Made by a program: the position numbers and the translations under genes. Positions 1 through 10,400 of a stretch of 64,000 nt of DNA are shown here, in pieces; position 1 is the stretch's first letter, and the number at the start of each line of letters is the position of its first letter. Below the pieces are notes generated by a model. That model saw only the letters and a program-made list of their open reading frames with translations, did not search any database and was not told the origin of the DNA. The DNA is taken from the IMG/VR virus record IMGVR_UViG_3300037088_000361, positions 32,001-96,000 of that record; one strand, written 5' to 3'. The DNA comes from a virus.

Positions 1-706
1 CGTAGGAAGTGATTGCGCACTCCGCCGCAACCGATGTCGGGTCGGGCATCGTTACTGTGATTCCCCCTATGTCCTTAAGCATCTCCAGCAGGCTCAAGGA
101 CTGTATCGTCCTCTGAGAGGACTGTATCTGCTTGAGATTCTGGAAGGAGTCCATTATCTGGGAGGAAACATCTGCCTCGGTAATGGTAGCCCCAAACTTC
201 TTTCCGATATAATTCCTGATTGCACAGGTGAACTGAGGGTAAAACGAGCACTTGGATGTCAGGACGAATTTGAGCACCTTTTGGACCAGCTTGTTTGTGT
301 CATATACTCTTTGAAGAGTTCCACTGGATGAAGTTACAAAATCATTAAGACTACCCTGGTTCCAACATCTAAGACAGAAATCCTGAAAGGTAATATAGCT
401 CACTTCAATCAGAGGGACGAACCACTTCACCTGCCTCTTGAACACAATCTTGTAGAACTGCTCTGGACCTTGGAGGTAGTTGGTGTCCGACACGAAGGAG
501 TATCCGTAAGTGGGGTCGTTAGGTTGGATTTCCCTCCCGCTGATAAAAACTTGAACGACGGCTTGCCCGTTGAGGGGCGCACGCATGTTGATACTAGGAT
601 TTCCTGCATAGTGAAGTGTCCTGAAATCAACAGTATCCACCACCATTCGCTCATTTCCTATGAAATGACTACAAGGGGCTAAACCGGTATTGAAATCGTA
701 GCTCAT
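1..706 (-). CDS. Partial baseplate wedge-like protein (gp25-like), runs off the window's left edge
   Basis: Not in the ORF track. ATG at 706 overlaps the TAA of the upstream gene (TAATG). Hand translation is open to position 1: MSYDFNTGLAPCSH...TFQDFCLRC...KLVQKVLKFVLT... Last gene of the tail/baseplate run in this window; the product call is by resemblance and context. Confidence 0.55.
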   Translation of the reverse strand, partial: MSYDFNTGLAPCSHFIGNERMVVDTVDFRTLHYAGNPSINMRAPLNGQAVVQVFISGREIQPNDPTYGYSFVSDTNYLQGPEQFYKIVFKRQVKWFVPLIEVSYITFQDFCLRCWNQGSLNDFVTSSSGTLQRVYDTNKLVQKVLKFVLTSKCSFYPQFTCAIRNYIGKKFGATITEADVSSQIMDSFQNLKQIQSSQRTIQSLSLLEMLKDIGGITVTMPDPTSVAAECAITSY

Positions 707-1422
707 TATGTAGACGCGCTTATGTGTCCCGTATCCTTATTGCGATTGGCAACGCCAGGTGAACTGTGGCTCATCGCCTTAAGCTCGGCTGGCGTTGGTG
801 CAGTCATCTGGTTAGTCCGCCCCCGAGGTTGCCCATTGTCCATATTGGCGGCATTGACATCGTCCACTAGAACCAGTTGATATTCCGGTTTCCCGAAGTA
901 ACCGCTAATCTTGGTGAGAAGCTCCGGGAGCGTCTGCGGGTCGGTCTGAGTACTCCCGGCCGAGGGACCTTGGGTGAAGTCGTTCGCAGACTGGGCTAAG
1001 TCCTCCTGCTTTTCGATGAGACAGCGGACTTGGTTCATATAATAGACCGCATCATCATCCCTTTGGAAAATCTCCTGCATCCCCTTCTTTATCCTTCCTG
1101 TCATAACCATGGGGAGATGGTCGTCGCCGATAGGATAGTTGAAGTGCCCTTGTTCTCCAGGCTGCCAGACGGGCTTCTGAAAGGTGGGAGCAAGCGGCTG
1201 ACCGTAGGAGTCCGCCTCCTTCGGGTATACAGAAGAGTAATACTGCTCCAAGACCCCAGCCGTCTTGCGAAGCTGCTCCGCCCGGATACGATGAAAGGTC
1301 GATATTTTAGCTATGTCCCCTTGGCGGAGCCCAATCCACTTCTGGAGCGATTGCCACTGGGACAGGCTGAAGTGTCCCAAGAAGGGGAACGGCGGTCCGG
1401 GATAGGAGTAGTTCACTGCCAT
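706..1422 (-). CDS. Hypothetical protein (probable virion component)
   Basis: 238-aa ORF translationally coupled to both neighbours in the structural operon. Confidence 0.65.
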   Translation of the reverse strand: MAVNYSYPGPPFPFLGHFSLSQWQSLQKWIGLRQGDIAKISTFHRIRAEQLRKTAGVLEQYYSSVYPKEADSYGQPLAPTFQKPVWQPGEQGHFNYPIGDDHLPMVMTGRIKKGMQEIFQRDDDAVYYMNQVRCLIEKQEDLAQSANDFTQGPSAGSTQTDPQTLPELLTKISGYFGKPEYQLVLVDDVNAANMDNGQPRGRTNQMTAPTPAELKAMSHSSPGVANRNKDTGHISAST

Positions 1423-4400
1423 TATGCCACCGTCAGCGTCAGGCTCTTGGTCACCGTCTGTATCGGGATGCTGGAATCACTCACCGAGAATTGCAGGTTG
1501 TAGGTGCTAGCAATGTGGGCAAACCCTGCCAGCAGTCCTGAACTGTCAAAGGTCAAACCCGGCACGCTCCCTATCATTGACCAAGCATAGCCCGGAGTCC
1601 CACCAGATGCTATCATCTGGCATGTGTAGGCTTCTGCGACGAAGGTCGTGGGCAGCGACGAGGTGTTCATGACCAAGGTAGAACCCCCGCCACCTCCGCC
1701 TCCGCCAGAGTAGGTGCCCACAATCGTGGCGACTGCCCCGTTGACGTACACATGGTTCTGGGTCACGATGCTCGTCCCGCTGAGGTATGTCAGGGTTCCC
1801 TGCACCGTCATGGTGAGATGCGTGGTGATGGTGCCTGCGCCGCTCGGGAAGTCCACCTGCAACACCCATCCGGTGAGCCATCCGGCCGTGGCACCGCTGC
1901 CGTAGGTTGGGGTGATGCTCACAAGGGTTACCCCGGCGTCCAAGGAGGCTGTGGCTGAGATGCTGTTGCCCGTACTGCTTGCCGTGCCTTGTTGCTGAGG
2001 GCTGAGCGGCTCGCTCAAAGTCACTGTGATGGCGTTGTAGTTCGGCACCGAATAGGTAACCTGCAAGGTTACGGTGGTCAACTGGATGATGGCCCCGGTT
2101 CCGGGGGAGTTCGTGCAGTTGGCGAAGAAGCCCACGCCGAACCCGGCAGCGTTAAGCTGTGCCGCCATCCAAGTCCCGTTGAAGGAGAAGCTGTTCCCAC
2201 CCCGTATTTGGGTTTGGGTGGTTGTCCCAGATACCCCCAGCAGGTTCACGTTGAGATAGGTTGCACTCGTCCCGGCGCTCTGGTTCAAGTTCAGGTTGAC
2301 CCTGACCTGCGTGACCGTGGCATTGCTGGGTAAACCGAGGAGGAAATTGGTCAGGTCAAGAATCTGGGACGTGTCCACGGTGTTGTTGGACCCGTACAGG
2401 GTTATCGTATCCTGCCCGCCGTTCTTGAGGTTGCCGTATGATATCCACGCCTCGTAGCTGCTGGGGACCTCCGTCTCGGTTTGGGGCTGCCCGGAGCTTA
2501 CCGTCACGGTAGTGGTATTGGTGGACGGTATGGTGAGGGCGAGGGGAGCTACCCCGCTTGACGGGATGGTCGGGTTGGTCATGTAGAGGAACGCCTCGAC
2601 CGATGCCTGGCCGGTGCTGAACAAGTCGTAGCCACTGGGGGTGCTGTACCAGGCGATGTCCTGCTCCTTCAGGGTGACGTTGGTTAAAGCCACGCCGACA
2701 GGCAGAGAGCCGCCCGCATAGGAATACTTAAAGTTGGTTCCATCCCACCCGAAGCTCACCAAGCCTTGGTAGCTGTTGTTGTCGCCGCTCAGAGCAAAGA
2801 TGCTTGTGGCCGCCGACGCCGGGGGGGCGCTTGTCCCGCCGAAGGGTCCGGGGAGGACGAACGACGACCCGTTGTTGACGATGGGGAGGCTACCCGCCGT
2901 GCCCTCCAGCAAGGGTATACCATAGGCCGGGATGCTTCCGCTGGACGGCTGGGCGGTCACAGGACCAAGGCTTGTGTACACCGTCCAAGTGAAGGTGGCG
3001 GAGGCGTTCACACCGCCCACATCCGTGACGGTGATGGAAAAGCTGTTGGAACCAGTTGACCCGGAACCGAACGGTCCACTGAGCTTAATGTACGCTGTGC
3101 CGCTCGACGCCGACTGCACCACGTAGCTGAACCCCGAGGGTACCGTAGCGCTAAGCTGGGAAGGAGAAGTGGCGATAACTCCCGTGGCGACAACGTAGAA
3201 TGACCTGTTGCTTCCGCTAATGGTGGCCACATTGTCAAGCGAGGTCACCTCGCCGAGGGAGTTGGTGGATGTGGAGTTGACATAGTCTACCCCTGTATGG
3301 AGGGTCATGCCGGTGATGACCGTAAGGGCAAATGCCTTCTGCGATATTGAGCTGATGTTGTCAGTGACTTGTACGGTGAAATTGAAGGTTCCGACGCTTG
3401 ATGTCGTGCCGCTGATGGTTCCGTTAGAGGTGAGGTTCAGCCCGCTCGGAAGCGCCCCGGCGACAAACTGCCAAGTGTATGGAGAGGTTCCCCCACTCGC
3501 TACCAAGGTGACGCTGTATGCCACGCCCGCCGTCCCTTGTGAGAGGGGTGAGGAAGTAGTGATGGCAAGGGTACTGGCAGAGATGAGAAGTTGCAGGTTC
3601 TTATTGGCCGAGTCCATAGGACTCATACCGTCTGTAACCACGGCATTGAAGGTGGTATTGATTGCCGTGGCGGAGGTTCCTGTAAGCAATCCGCTGCTGC
3701 TTAGGCTGAAGCCTCCGGGAAGACCGGTGGCCGACCATGTGTAGACCGGAGCACCACCCGTGGGCGAGCCTCCGCCCGAGGCGGTAAGCTGTTGGCTGTA
3801 GACTATGTTGATAAGCCCCTGAGGAAGCGGGGAGGATGAAGTGACTGCTAAGTTAGAAGATGCAGTAAGACTCAAGGTAGCAGTCGCAAGGTGACCCGCA
3901 TTATCCACCGCCTGCACCTTGACCAAATACCCCGTAAAGACAGCCCCAATGTAGAGACCGGTTATCTTGGCTGTAGCACCGCTGTCCGACACGCTGGCAG
4001 CAAGGCTAAGACCGGTAGGGAGCAGATTAGGAGAGTCCCCGGCGACCGACCAAGAGACAGGGGTGGTATAGGTACCATTGACGGCAAGAGTTCCAAGATA
4101 GGAAGACCCACGGTTGATAGTGCTGACCCCGCTAGTGTTAATGACCATCCCCGCAACCACTCCTACCGTCACGGGGAGAGCCCTGACCGCAGAGACGAAT
4201 GTGGAGTCAGTAACTTGGAATGTGATAGACTGGGTTCCGTATCCTACTTGTGTCGGAGTTCCCGAAAGGATTCCTGTAGCGGTATTGATGGTAACCCCTG
4301 GAGAACCGGTAGGCAATGTTCCGGCAGTCACCGTCCAAGTATAGGGAGGAATGCCCCCTACAGCCTGCATCGCAAACGTGTAGGCTTGGCTGAGGGTCAT

Positions 4401-7400
4401 CGGGGCTACGGATGACGTAGTGATGGACAGGGCATTATTCACGCTCATCGTGATGCCCTTCGTGATGGTGTTCCCATCGCTGTCTGTGAGGGTGAAGGTC
4501 ACAGTCTGGCTCTGCCCGTCCAGCCCGGAAGCGGAAGGAACGGTTCCCGTAAGAGCACCCGTTGATAGATTGAGGGTGATATAGGCTGCTAGCCCGGCGA
4601 AGCTTGTAGCCATGTCACTTGTCCATGTGTAAGGCGATACTCCACCGTATCCCTGCAAGGTCTGACTGTATGCCACGCTCTCCACGGCGGCGGGAAGGGC
4701 TGCCGTCAGGATGGTCAGCGGGGTAGTGTATTTAACAGCAAACCGCTGGTAGGTGTAAGAGGACTGCCCCCCGATGTTGGTCGCCTTAATCCAAAGGTCA
4801 AAATACCCCGTCTCAGAAGGTTTACCGGTCAGCGTTACGTTGGTTCCCGATACCCCAAGGGTTAAACCGGCAGGCAGGTGTCCACGATAGACCGTGGCGC
4901 TAGCAAGGCTGGACGGGGAATTGCTCGTGATGTCCGACGTACTACTGTAGGTCGTCTGGAGGGTTCCTGCAGGCAATGTTCCGTTGAGCGAGAATGGGGC
5001 AGTTGTCTGCGTGTCCCAGTAGATGGTAATAGTGCCATGGACAACGCTATTGGAATCCAAGTATTGCAAGACCGTGATATTGCTTCCGCCCGTAAGTGAG
5101 CCAAAAGTGACCAGCAACTTCCCATAGACTAGACCGGTAACTTGGTCAAGGGATAGCCCCATGGGGAGCACGCTTCCCGTTTTAAGGCTGACGACGAGAG
5201 TCTCCGGATTGATGACCTTCGGGGAGTTAAAATAGGGACGCTGGGGGTTTAGTCCTACTAGGTCATTGACCAAGTAGGGACGGGTATAGGAAAATGATAC
5301 CCCCACATCTCCTACCGTGAAGCTAGTATCGTCATGGGAGAGAAGGGAAAAAGCACGGATAAGAGTAGCCACTGTAGCAGTCCCGTTAGTGAGCGGGATG
5401 GGAACATGCACTTCAGTATTGCCAAAAGTCGTAGGCGGTCCGACGACCTCTACAACAGAGTCGCCAGTGAGCGGCGGAGACTGGGGAGGGGATAGGGAAG
5501 CCTGCAAGTCTGGATTGACGGTGACCACCAAGCCGTTAGGGTTGTAAAAATCCCCCACGGGAACGGTCAACAGGTTGCCCCGATTGATGAGGAACCCCTG
5601 TAGCTGCCCGACTATCTGATGGGCTAGAGAACTGGTGTCACTGTTCTCCCAGTCATAGTCAAATGCCGCCTCCACCACGAGGATATTATTGACCTCGGTG
5701 GCTACCGTGTAGTAGAACGTCTTAGTTATCGGAGTGTTAAGGGTGTCGTGAACCTGTACGGTGAAACTGTGAACCCCGAGGGCATTGTTAGGCACGCTGA
5801 CCTCAAACTCAAACAGCCCGTTCTGCAAGGCGCTGTTGACAACATAAGAGGTGTCAGCCGTGGGGACGGAGACACTGACTAATGTGTAGGGAGAAACCCC
5901 TCCGAACAACGGAGCCTCAATCCTGAAGTTTTGCCCGGCGAAGATGGTAGGCTGGTCAAGTACCCCGAACTGAAGGACGGCTGGGGACAGGACGACGGTA
6001 AGGGTCTGAGAGGCAAGCGCCCCCACGGCATCCTGCACCTGCACGGTGACGGAGAACGGCGTGGCGAAGTCGGCAGAGGCATAGGTGCAGGGCACCCCGG
6101 AGATGACCCCGGTGGCCGGGTTGAGGGTCAATCCCACGGGCAGTGAGCCGCCTTGGATGGACCATGTGAACGGCAGAAGCCCCCCATTGTTTTGTAGCGT
6201 AAAAGAATAGGGGGTCAAAACCGTTGCACCCGGCAGCGAGGTCGTGGTAATTGCCAGGTTGGTCGGAATGGTGTAGATGAAGGTGCTCTCGGCGATAAAT
6301 GCCGGAGTTGTGCTGTCCATGACCGCCACGTTGACAGTGAAGTTGCCAAGCTGGGTCGGGGTGCCGCTGATGGTGCCGTCGATGCTCATATTGAGTCCGG
6401 GCGACAGCCCGTTGGAGAACCAGCTATAGGGGGCATTGCCCCCCGTGGCGACCATGAACTTGAAATACTCTTGCGGTAGCCCCACATAGGAGTTGGTGGG
6501 CATGGCCGTGGTGGAAATCTTTACCGGGGAGAGGTTTCCGGTTCCGGGGGCTACCTCAAAAAGAGGCTCAAGGAGTTCCTTTGCCTGCGGGCGTCCCGAG
6601 AATGGGAACACGTCCAGTGCCATGGTGCCAAGGAGCGAGCTTGCATTGCTGTACCGACTGGTGGCCACAAGGAGTTTAAGCTCGTTAGTCTGGGTGTCCC
6701 GGACAAGGTTGCGAGCGATGACCTCATAGGGTTGGGGGGTCGCCGTGGCAGAAGAATTGTCAACAAGCTCAAACCCCGCTTCGCCGCCGACACCGAGCGT
6801 CCCAGTAATGCTGGTTTCCGGGGCAGCCGAATACTGCTGGTTGACCACGAAAACGGAAGAGGAAAAGGTACGAGACAGGCTGACGGGGGGGACGTTCGCG
6901 CCGAAGTTGCTGAGTGTCTGCACCGTAATGACCCAAGAGCCGGAAGTAGTAAAGATAGTAGTAAAGGTCCGGCTGGTTATGGGCAGGGGACCGGAGGACA
7001 TGGTAACTTGGGAGTTGGTGCTCAGGACGGCTGTGACCTGCCAGCCGCTTATGCCCGTGCTCCCATAAAGGCTGCTGAGGGTAATAGTCAACGCTTGCCC
7101 AAGCTCCAAGGTGGGAGCGCTGAGCGTGACCATCCCCGAGAGGTCGGACGGGAAAGTGAGGGGGCTTGCCCACTCCGGGCAGTTCTGGAATTGCCCGAGG
7201 TCCGCTGAGACTGCATCCATGTTGATAGAGTAGTCTCCGACCCCAAGAGTCTGCTGGAAAGCTCGGCTGCTCACCGTCCCCCCTGAGCTAAGACCGTCAG
7301 TAAAGTAGGATACGGCGGTGTTTCCGGGAGGGTTAGCAAGGAGGATATTCCATCCCTCGTAGGCAGAGTAGGGAAGGTCACCTGATAGAACCTCGTTAAC

Positions 7401-7481
7401 CGGCACCCAATTGACCGTCAAAAGATAGTCGTGGTCAAGGTTCGCAACGGTCGGCGAAAATGGAAGAACGGGTAAGCTCAT
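1422..7481 (-). CDS. Large putative Ig-domain (He_PIG-like) repeat virion/fibre protein
   Basis: 2019 aa, S/T/G-rich, with many repeats of ITTxxLPx(G/A)...GGxxPY(T/S)W...LPxGLxL...G.ISGTP...F.V.V.D. Confidence 0.85.
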   Translation of the reverse strand: MSLPVLPFSPTVANLDHDYLLTVNWVPVNEVLSGDLPYSAYEGWNILLANPPGNTAVSYFTDGLSSGGTVSSRAFQQTLGVGDYSINMDAVSADLGQFQNCPEWASPLTFPSDLSGMVTLSAPTLELGQALTITLSSLYGSTGISGWQVTAVLSTNSQVTMSSGPLPITSRTFTTIFTTSGSWVITVQTLSNFGANVPPVSLSRTFSSSVFVVNQQYSAAPETSITGTLGVGGEAGFELVDNSSATATPQPYEVIARNLVRDTQTNELKLLVATSRYSNASSLLGTMALDVFPFSGRPQAKELLEPLFEVAPGTGNLSPVKISTTAMPTNSYVGLPQEYFKFMVATGGNAPYSWFSNGLSPGLNMSIDGTISGTPTQLGNFTVNVAVMDSTTPAFIAESTFIYTIPTNLAITTTSLPGATVLTPYSFTLQNNGGLLPFTWSIQGGSLPVGLTLNPATGVISGVPCTYASADFATPFSVTVQVQDAVGALASQTLTVVLSPAVLQFGVLDQPTIFAGQNFRIEAPLFGGVSPYTLVSVSVPTADTSYVVNSALQNGLFEFEVSVPNNALGVHSFTVQVHDTLNTPITKTFYYTVATEVNNILVVEAAFDYDWENSDTSSLAHQIVGQLQGFLINRGNLLTVPVGDFYNPNGLVVTVNPDLQASLSPPQSPPLTGDSVVEVVGPPTTFGNTEVHVPIPLTNGTATVATLIRAFSLLSHDDTSFTVGDVGVSFSYTRPYLVNDLVGLNPQRPYFNSPKVINPETLVVSLKTGSVLPMGLSLDQVTGLVYGKLLVTFGSLTGGSNITVLQYLDSNSVVHGTITIYWDTQTTAPFSLNGTLPAGTLQTTYSSTSDITSNSPSSLASATVYRGHLPAGLTLGVSGTNVTLTGKPSETGYFDLWIKATNIGGQSSYTYQRFAVKYTTPLTILTAALPAAVESVAYSQTLQGYGGVSPYTWTSDMATSFAGLAAYITLNLSTGALTGTVPSASGLDGQSQTVTFTLTDSDGNTITKGITMSVNNALSITTSSVAPMTLSQAYTFAMQAVGGIPPYTWTVTAGTLPTGSPGVTINTATGILSGTPTQVGYGTQSITFQVTDSTFVSAVRALPVTVGVVAGMVINTSGVSTINRGSSYLGTLAVNGTYTTPVSWSVAGDSPNLLPTGLSLAASVSDSGATAKITGLYIGAVFTGYLVKVQAVDNAGHLATATLSLTASSNLAVTSSSPLPQGLINIVYSQQLTASGGGSPTGGAPVYTWSATGLPGGFSLSSSGLLTGTSATAINTTFNAVVTDGMSPMDSANKNLQLLISASTLAITTSSPLSQGTAGVAYSVTLVASGGTSPYTWQFVAGALPSGLNLTSNGTISGTTSSVGTFNFTVQVTDNISSISQKAFALTVITGMTLHTGVDYVNSTSTNSLGEVTSLDNVATISGSNRSFYVVATGVIATSPSQLSATVPSGFSYVVQSASSGTAYIKLSGPFGSGSTGSNSFSITVTDVGGVNASATFTWTVYTSLGPVTAQPSSGSIPAYGIPLLEGTAGSLPIVNNGSSFVLPGPFGGTSAPPASAATSIFALSGDNNSYQGLVSFGWDGTNFKYSYAGGSLPVGVALTNVTLKEQDIAWYSTPSGYDLFSTGQASVEAFLYMTNPTIPSSGVAPLALTIPSTNTTTVTVSSGQPQTETEVPSSYEAWISYGNLKNGGQDTITLYGSNNTVDTSQILDLTNFLLGLPSNATVTQVRVNLNLNQSAGTSATYLNVNLLGVSGTTTQTQIRGGNSFSFNGTWMAAQLNAAGFGVGFFANCTNSPGTGAIIQLTTVTLQVTYSVPNYNAITVTLSEPLSPQQQGTASSTGNSISATASLDAGVTLVSITPTYGSGATAGWLTGWVLQVDFPSGAGTITTHLTMTVQGTLTYLSGTSIVTQNHVYVNGAVATIVGTYSGGGGGGGGSTLVMNTSSLPTTFVAEAYTCQMIASGGTPGYAWSMIGSVPGLTFDSSGLLAGFAHIASTYNLQFSVSDSSIPIQTVTKSLTLTVA

Positions 7482-7485
7482 ATTT

Positions 7486-10400
7486 TTATCCTATATATGC
7501 CACCACCGCTGAGGTAGAATCCTTTGTTATGCCTCCAAGAAACGAGTCAATAGTCGCCGAGCGGGACAATATCGAGTTTGCCGTGAGGACCACCGAACCC
7601 TTGGTCTGGAAGCTCCCGTCCGTCACGACGCTGGAGTTAAGCTGGGCATAGGCTACCACCGTAGAGGCAGCGACATCAGTTTCCTGCCCAGTTGCCGTGG
7701 AGTGGAGGGAAAGGTTGACGCAGGAGGCACGCTCCGCCGTGAAGAACGCTCCGGGCGTCCCCCCGGCTGGGATAATAAGAGCAACCCCAGACACGGTAAG
7801 CTCGGATTGAGCAAGGACAAAGCCAGTACCATAATTAGGGAGGGACATTGTTCCCCCTGTCATAATGACACCGGAACCCTGCTCAAACCCCCCCGCCTGT
7901 GCATTGCCCACAAAGACACAGTTGACGAACTCTACGTCGGAATCAATACCGTAGACAGCGGGGTTGACGAATCCTTGGAATTGGATGTTGTTGAATAATA
8001 CCCGACTGTTGTCCATGAAGAATGCCGAGGTCGGTCCGTCGCCGAACCCTCCCCACCCAGTTGCGTCAATGATGATGGGGCTGGTCGCCGTAGCTGTACT
8101 GGTGATGACAACACGCCCCTCCTCCTGTATGCTAAAGGCAAAGTTCGCCAGCGCATACCACTTGGCGGTGCGGATGGAGCCGTCGCCGAGGGCAATAACC
8201 TGCAAGGTGTTGGAAATGTTGGCAATCGTGTAGGGCACCCCAGTGGTGATAAGCTGGATGGAGCACGGATGACGGAGCACTGGAGGCAAAGTCGCCACGG
8301 CTGCCGTGATGGTAAGCTTTGGGGCTGTGGTGCTTAGTCCATCGTTGGAATCATTGCCGCTGACATTGTTCACGTAGAGGATGATGGGGGCGATAGTGGA
8401 CTGGAGGTTCTGTCCCAAGACCGTACGAGGCGTCGGGGCGGTGATAGCGAACCCGACATGCGGGTTGGACTGGGCAAAGCCCCGTCCCCCCGTCCCGCCT
8501 TGGAGGAGTGTTATGACCTTCCTGATGTCCTTGTTCATCGGCAGAATGAAGTCGTTGACATGTAGCGGGGTCTCAAGGGTGGTCTCTACGTTGTTCTGCC
8601 GCATCGCCACATAGTTGTTGTCAAACAGGGTGGAAAGCGGCATGTTCGTGAGGGAGGAGTCCGTCCAGTTTACTTGCGTTGGCAGGCTGTTGGAGATGGG
8701 AAGCTCACGATTGTAGGGGTACACGTCGGAAAGCCCGACTTGTGGTGCCGCCCCGGAGCCATTAGTGGTTATCAGGGCATTGTCAACCGTGTAAAGAATC
8801 TCGTAGTTGTGCCCAGTCATCCCTTCTCCCTGATAAGGGACATATCTCTCCTCCACGGTCATGATGCTGCTTGGGGCGAGGGAAGGAAGGATGGAGCCTA
8901 CGAAGAAGAAGTAGCTCCCGCCGTTGCTGATGTCAAGGTTGACCCCCGGAACCACCACGGTGGCAATCCCGTTATTGAAGTCAGCGACGGATACCTGCAC
9001 GGCGTTTAGGTTGTTTGACTGCCCGAGAACCCACACGAACTTGTTGGTGTCATCCCCGGCGATGCCCTTAATGGTGCATCCGTTGGATGCCAAAACGATG
9101 GTGCTGGCGTTCGCCGTGTTACTGTAAGACACAGACTCCACGATGACACGGGGGTCCATCCTGAATGGTCCAAGCGAGGGAATATAGTTCCCGAACAGGA
9201 CCGTCTCCTCAATTTGAGTAACTCCCTTTACCGGGGCATTGTAGGCTACTTGTGCGGTGTTGGATGCCATGAAGGACATCACGACGGTACTGGTCGAAAC
9301 CACGCCCCCCTGTATAGTCACAATGCAAGTATTCCCGTTAATGGTGCGAGAAATGACGCTGTAGGGCGAGGACGAACCGGAGTTCAGGTCCCAAGCATTT
9401 ATAATATATAACCCATTGCCGTTTCCATTGATTCCCGCCCCGGAGACTACAAAGGTGGTGACGGGGTTGCCTGCCACGGTCTGCTGGACGCCGGAAGAGC
9501 CAAGAACCTTGACATATACCCTCGTGCCAAACTGGACGCTGGAGTACTCAGGGTTCTCCGTCCATAGTTGGTAAGTCTGCGGGTCGGCTGCAAGCTGTTG
9601 AGTCTGTATGGCGTACTCGGACACCCCATAGACAGGCATCGTGGCTCCCGTGGTTGCGTCATAGAGGCTCCCACCGTCTATGGCAATCGGGGTCTTGATG
9701 AGGTTAGCGCTCCCCCCTGCCGGATAGGTCACCCCGATGGTCACATAAAGGTCGTTCACTCCGGGGTCAAAGGGTGAAACATAGCTTCCCGAACTGAAGA
9801 CCGGAGCATTGGGGAACGACACGGTGATGGTCTTGGAGTTTACCCCGGAGATGAGAATCTGGCTGCCGAGGAGATTGATGGGAATGGACACCCCGGAGGA
9901 GCCGGTGTTGAACCCCTGCACGAAGACCGAGGTTATCGTGGCGCTAGTCGTGGTGGGGAGAGAGAGGGAAAAGGCATCGTTAAGCTCCCATGACGCTCCC
10001 GGAATGCCTACGGTTTTGCCAATGGTTCCCGATGTCCCAAAGGGATTAGCGGGAGTGCTGGGGGTACCACTGATGCTGGCCTGGACCGTCGTGTAATAGG
10101 TACGCAGGTCAGAACTGAACCCGTTGAAAAAGCCGTCAAACTGTCCCACCGTGTTGATGACCCCGGCATTGGCGGGAGCCACCGAGACGTAATAGTCGAG
10201 AGCGGACCCTAAGGCGGCGGTGCTACTGCCGGGGGACTTCCCCCTGCCAATAGCAGCCCGCAGCTTTCCCGTGATGAGGTCCACGAAACCGTTGTCGGTG
10301 AGCGTGTCGTACTCCCATCCGTCGAGGCTTACCGTCTGCCTAGTATCCACAGCGTCGTCGGGGTATATCTGGTCCGCTAGCCGGGCATCAAAGCGCCCGG

